Positions 52,382 through 64,000 of a DNA stretch of 64,000 bases are shown in pieces; the stretch's first letter is position 1; each line of letters starts with the position of its first letter. Made by a program: the position numbers and the translations under genes. The notes under the pieces are model-generated. The model did not search any database and was not told the origin of the DNA. It saw only the letters and a list, made by a program, of their open reading frames with translations. The DNA comes from Amoebidium appalachense (Eukaryota; Protista; Ichthyosporea), in NCBI GenBank assembly GCA_963693365.1, contig CAVNZM010000007.1, forward strand, positions 6,383,962-6,447,961, in the 5' to 3' direction.

Positions 52382-53505
52382 CCGCCCCTTGTCTGGCCAC
52401 ACAGCGCCCTCGCGCGCACCCGCGCACACACACACACACACTCGCACATACCCACCCACCCATACACACTCTCACTGTCCACTTTTTGCCCCCTTCCCCC
52501 CCCCCCCTTCACCCCCTCCCCCCACCCCCTTTCCCCCCTCCCCCCTTCCCCCCCCCCCCCCCCCCCCCCCCGAGGCTTCCCCTTCCCCCCTCCCCCCCTC
52601 CCCCCTCTCCCCCCCTCCCCCCTCTTCCCCCTCCCCCCCCCCCCCCCCCCCTCCCCGCCCATTACACAGTACCTAACGGCGCTGGATTCACCGTGGCACC
52701 CCGAGTGTTTTGCCTGCTACGAGCCCACATGCAACGAGTCACTGGCAGGCAAACAGTTCTTTGTGCTCGATGACGTCATCTATTGCTTGCAACACTACTG
52801 TGCGCACACTGGAATGCTGTGCGGCGAGTGTGGCGGCTGCCTGGGTGACGGCGTGGAGGTAAGGGTTTTGAAACAAACTCATAAATTTTAACTATAAAAT
52901 TAAGACTAGCACGTGAATTCAAATCAGTAAATAGAAACTGCCTACGTATGTGTGTTGTTGTTGTCACGTCCTTTCACCATATCCCTCTTCTCTCTAAGGG
53001 TGGATGCTTCCTTAGGTAAGTATGCCATTTTTTTTTCAATGATAAAGGATTTTGCCTTTTCCAAAGTTTCACTGTCGCACGGTCGTATGTTTTGCATCGT
53101 TGCCCCCCGTTTACGTTCGGTAAAGACACCAACAAATTACGGAGAGTGCTGTGACGGGCTCTAAGACCTCTCTACCAATTTGCCTGCACTCACACCACGC
53201 AATACCTGACACCACATTCTCAAAATCATGGATAATAACCAGCTCTGTATTAAGAAGACCCATGAAGAAAAAAAAACTATAATTTAGATGGATTTCATTT
53301 GGATCGGGGCATTAGAAAGGGCTCGTATACTTCAAACTATGAATGTCCCTTGTTTTGGTTCGTGGATCTGTTCACATGTTCTAACCAAAAGTTATTTCAC
53401 AGTATGTCACCCTGGGCAAATCCAAGCTGCACACCACATGCATAAAGGTGAGCCAGGTGTTTTTATCTTAGTTTGGATAATGATGACACACACACACACA
53501 CATGT

Positions 53506-53570
<65 letters not shown>

Positions 53571-53622
53571 CGCGCACACGCACGCACGCGCACGCACGCA
53601 TGCGCACACACGCTGCCACGCG

Positions 53623-53715
<93 letters not shown>

Positions 53716-53720
53716 CTAAC

Positions 53721-53765
<45 letters not shown>

Positions 53766-54174
53766 ACACACAAACTCTCCAAGTGTGCACGTACACACTC
53801 TCCAGTATGAACAATGCAAACAGCCATAAAAACCGTGCATACACGCTCAGAAAAAACACACATGAATTATACACACACCCCAACATTTCTGTTCGGTTCA
53901 TAAAAAACGTGCACATGCGGGATCGAAAACACACATGCATAATAAGCACACATGCATAATAAACGCACATGCATAATAAGCACACATGCATAATAAGCAC
54001 ACATGCATAATAAGCACACATGCATAATAAGCACACATGCATAATAAACACACACTAACATCTCCGTTCGGTTTTCTTCTGCAGTGCTTCAAGTGCAAGC
54101 AGTCACTGTCACTGGATGAGAAGATCAGATTGGTGGAAAATCATACCTACCACCCGGACTGTGTGCCTAAGTAA
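43855..54174 (+). CDS. Dbl-family RhoGEF (DH-PH) with a long disordered linker and four C-terminal LIM domains
   Basis: Exons: 43855-44099, 44478-45101, 45798-45856, 46261-46948, 47734-48093, 48604-49561, 50040-50183, 50882-51360, 52086-52169, 52670-52858, 53403-53447, 54085-54174. All junctions are phase-compatible after removing one extra base each in A6 (45814-45819) and C8 (49072-49079). DH: [56 protein letters not shown] end: [13 protein letters not shown]. Four CxxC..HxxCxxCxxC..CxxH/D LIM repeats. Confidence 0.88.
53929..54050. repeat. 17-bp minisatellite (acacatgcataataagc), about 7 copies
   Basis: Directly visible in the last RhoGEF intron. Confidence 0.9.
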
Positions 54175-54327
54175 CGTTGCATCATCATGTTGTACCCTTT
54201 AGTCTACAATCTTTTCAGTTGCTATTTAGTGTCGGTCGTGAACGTTTGAGAGTATGTGCCTGTGTCTCTCTCTCTCCCCCCCCCCCCCCCTCCCCCCCCT
54301 CTAGCCTTCCCCCCCCCCCCCCCCCCC

Positions 54328-54361
<34 letters not shown>

Positions 54362-54519
54362 TTGTGCTAACAATTCCGTATGGATTATGGGGACATTGGC
54401 AACAGATGGGTGTGCGACACACCCATTCCCCTCGTGGGACATTTGTTTTCGTTTTTTTTTTTTGTATTTTTTCTTTTTCTTTTTTGGTTGGTTGGTTGGT
54501 TGGTTGGTTGTGCGGGGGG

Positions 54520-54561
<42 letters not shown>

Positions 54562-55624
54562 GCGGCCTCGAAAATTCAATGACAAATATTGAAGCTCTTC
54601 TTTATTCGTTCCACCGCACAGCGATTATCACTGCATGTGCTTTCCTACTAGTATAAAATCACAGGTATCTCCTGATCGTTATTTAAAACCTTTTTTTGGT
54701 TATTAAAAAAAAAACCCACGGCTTTCTCTTTATGGCCCTTAGCACACTTCATTCGACTAACAAAGAATATCCTCAATCTGTCAAGTTTAAATCCCTCTGT
54801 AACCGCTGCCATACGGAAACTATTTCACCCGCCACCTGTATAAACTTCTAGACAAACATGCCGTGATAAAAACAAAACAAAAAAAAAAAACCTCGGCCAA
54901 ACTAAACAAGCCCGCTTAACAAACATCATCTGTGTTTGTACTGTAATCCTCACATTTTGTCAAACATACGTGCATGACCTTGTTATTTGTATGTGTCAGG
55001 TGTGCAGGGGTGGAACAAAGGTGGTGGTGGTGGTGGTAGGTTCTTTTTTTTTGGGGGGGGGGGGGAGGAATGTGCTTCATGGGAAGGGGAGGGAGAGGGA
55101 GGGGGGGAGGGGGGGAGAAGGGGAACGCTTAGGGTAAGTAAGAAGGACACACGCGCACACACGCACACACACGCACGTCCGCGCGCACACACACACACCC
55201 ACCCAACCACCCACACACAGTGAAAGATATATATATATATATATAGACAGACTCTACCTCACCTGTTCGAGATATCAATACGCTCTTTGGGGCACCACCA
55301 CTTAAGACATTCGCAATAGCCTCTCATATTCCTCTTTCCCTTCTTTGAATAGAAGTAAAGGGGAACGAGAAAAAGAGAAACCTTGGTATCACAAAATACG
55401 GCAATACAAGACTAAAACCAAACCACCGCAACCACAACCATTCTATCCCTAGCATGGCGAATCTATGCGGGTGGCTACGATACAACTCTGTCACAAGCAC
55501 AGATCGAACTTTTGCCGGCGCAATTAACTAACAACCCATATATGCCACAGAGCAGAACTCAGTGCCTCTCTCTCTGTGCGTGTCTGGTGTGTGTGTGTTG
55601 TGGGGGGGGGGACGGATTTCTAAG

Positions 55625-61810
<6,186 letters not shown>

Positions 61811-62724
61811 GTTTGCTTTGGATCTAATCCAGTCTGAGCTGGGGTGGGTGAATGTATGCTGAAGGACTACTAAAAGTAAAACAGAAGTCCTTTATTGTAG
61901 TGCGGGAAAATTAAAAGTATGTGAAAAAGATGAATTTTCAATTGCATGTGAAATGTCTTATTTGCCATCGCCGCATGGACGTGTGTGTGCATGGCTGGGA
62001 TGTTGAACTGACATGTATGTACACCACAGCCGTTTATAGAGACTGTGATGTTGGCATCCAGGGGCGAAGTGTTGTTGTCGATAAACACGCACGTTTTTGT
62101 TTACTTTTAATAAATTATTAAGTGATTTTCCCAAGTGCTTCTCAACATGTCTCCTCGTTTCATACAGAGCATGCATGCGTTCAGCTCATTGTAGTCTATG
62201 ATACTGAGGCTGGCCCAAGTCAAGGAGTTCGGATGTGCACCAGATGAACAGGCCATGCGACACTGTAGTTGTGCTTAAGTCCGCCAGCGGTGTACCATAT
62301 GTATATTTTTGTAACTATTGCTTAGTTTAGTAGCTCTGCTTCGAGCTCTCTCTCTCTTCTCTCACTCTCTTCTCTCACTCTCTGTTTCTCTCTCTCGAGC
62401 TGAACAAAAACAAGGTGACGCCTTGTTACGTCGTCGCAGCTGGCCTTCGTGCAAGATCTTGCATGATTTGGCTTGAAAATTTGGAGGCTGATTAGCCGAA
62501 ATCTTTTTCTTTTGACTGGATTTATTCGACGGAAAGATATGACAGTAAGCCGAAATCAGTGCCTAGATGCAAACTATCCCAAATTTTTTCCAGAGTATAT
62601 ATCCCGCGGAGCGCGAGTGTGCAGGCCAGTCTGTGCCTCTTCAAAGTTGTGAACGTTTAGTGTTTGAATAGTACGTAGTTTCCCAACTTGCCCTTAATTT
62701 GGTTGAAAGACCTGAGACATCACC
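61811..62724. promoter_or_regulatory. Divergent intergenic region shared by DHHC and BUD31 (likely bidirectional promoter)
   Basis: Start codons are head-to-head and about 915 bp apart; the region is largely free of microsatellites. Confidence 0.5.
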
Positions 62725-62821
62725 ATGCCTAAGGTTAGAAGAGGAAGAAAGAAGCCTCCCCCAGACGGCTGGGAGCTTATTGAGCCTACACTGCTTGAGA
62801 TTCAACAGAAGATGCGTGAAG
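62725..62821 (+). CDS. BUD31: BUD31/G10 splicing factor, first coding exon (gene continues beyond the window)
   Basis: caccATG start; [32 protein letters not shown] matches the conserved BUD31 N-terminus; donor gtaggc at 62822. Confidence 0.93.
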
Positions 62822-64000
62822 GTAGGCCTGTTTGACAAAAAATGCCACTTCCGTTGTCGAGTTAGTTGGAGAGATTGAGGCTGTCACCACTGTGTTTTTT
62901 GTTACCTTCGTGCACGCGCATTTGCTTGTTACTCGTGCTTGTTGTTTTGCTTGACACATCATGTTGCGGCTTGTGCATGTCTAAGTCTTTGACACTGCTC
63001 TTAGTCGCAGTTGTTTCGTGGTTGTTTGCAGTTATGGCTCTCTAATAGTGTCTTGCTTTGGGCTACTCTACTTCTGGGCATGGCCTACTAACCAGCACAT
63101 GTGCCTCCTGTGCCATGGCCTGAGCACGAGACATAATAGACTATAGGTAAAAACAGTGTGCTAGTTTTTTTGGTTTTACAGCCTCCACTGCTTTCTCTAC
63201 TTTTGATTCACCTGCTAGCCCTCCCTCCCTCTTCACCCTCTTTCCTCGCTGCACCCTGCGCCCTCCTCCCCCTCCCTTGCCCGCCGGCCTGCCTCCTTCG
63301 AGCCCGCCTCCCTTCTCCCTTCCCCGAGTCCTAACCTCCCCTTTCCTACTCCACCATCTCTTGGTGTTTGGTTTTTGCTAGTTTCTGTGCACGTGATCGT
63401 GTTGTGCTGATTTTGTTCTGTAGCTAAGCGTCCTCTCTTCCCCCCCCCCCATTGTGCCCTACAATGCACTAGGCCCTGCCCCCTCCGCTCCGCCCCTCCC
63501 CCTTTTCCCCCTTCCCTCCCTCCTTTCCGCCCCACACCCTTCCTCACCAACGTGTTGTTTCTTTGCTACCCTTGCCTTGCCACTTGTCACTTGCCATGTG
63601 GGCCTTTAAACTCCAATTGTCGCTTTTTTTTTTTACTTTTATGCAAAACAAGACACCCGCATATCATTTCTTGCACTTTCGTGTGATTTCCTCACCACCA
63701 CTTCCCCTCCCCCCCGTAAACACACATATGGATGTGCGCAAGTTCAAGAAGGGACATTTGTTTGCCATGAGTTTGCCTTCAGATTGCACATCCTCATATA
63801 CTCTTTTTTTTTTTTGCTCTTGCACATTCTGTTGCTCTCTTTCTCCACTTACCCATTCACAACACACACATACGCACACAAACACACACATACACACCTT
63901 CACACACACACACACAGACACACAGACGCACAGACACATTCTTTCACCCTCTTTGCTCGAGCCCCCTCCACCGTGTCCAACCTTTTTCTCTCTCTTTCTC

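Overview
Eukaryotic nuclear DNA with small GT-AG exons embedded in introns saturated with (CA)n/(TG)n, poly-C/poly-G and (CT)n tracts. Gene content and style suggest an opisthokont, perhaps a unicellular holozoan (inference only). Almost all supplied ORFs are microsatellite artefacts. Hand-splicing gives seven genes: the 3' part of TRM3/TARBP1 (26 exons, +), an intronless-CDS TMEM64/TVP38 DedA-family gene (+), a LITAF-domain gene (-), a spliced gene with a degenerate HNH_3-like motif (-), a 12-exon DH-PH RhoGEF fused to four paxillin-type LIM domains (+), a DHHC palmitoyltransferase (-) and BUD31 exon 1 (+). There are also three copies of a ~200-nt SINE-like retroposon (two with TSDs), two TTAA-type MITEs and a ~100-nt hairpin. 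The most notable points are the RhoGEF-4xLIM architecture, a 115-bp tandem array that replicates the branch point, acceptor and catalytic DHHC exon start, acceptors where (CA)n runs straight into AG, and introns with mutually complementary repeat ends. Three single-base frameshifts in homopolymers are probably assembly errors. All exon models were made by eye and need RNA-seq confirmation.
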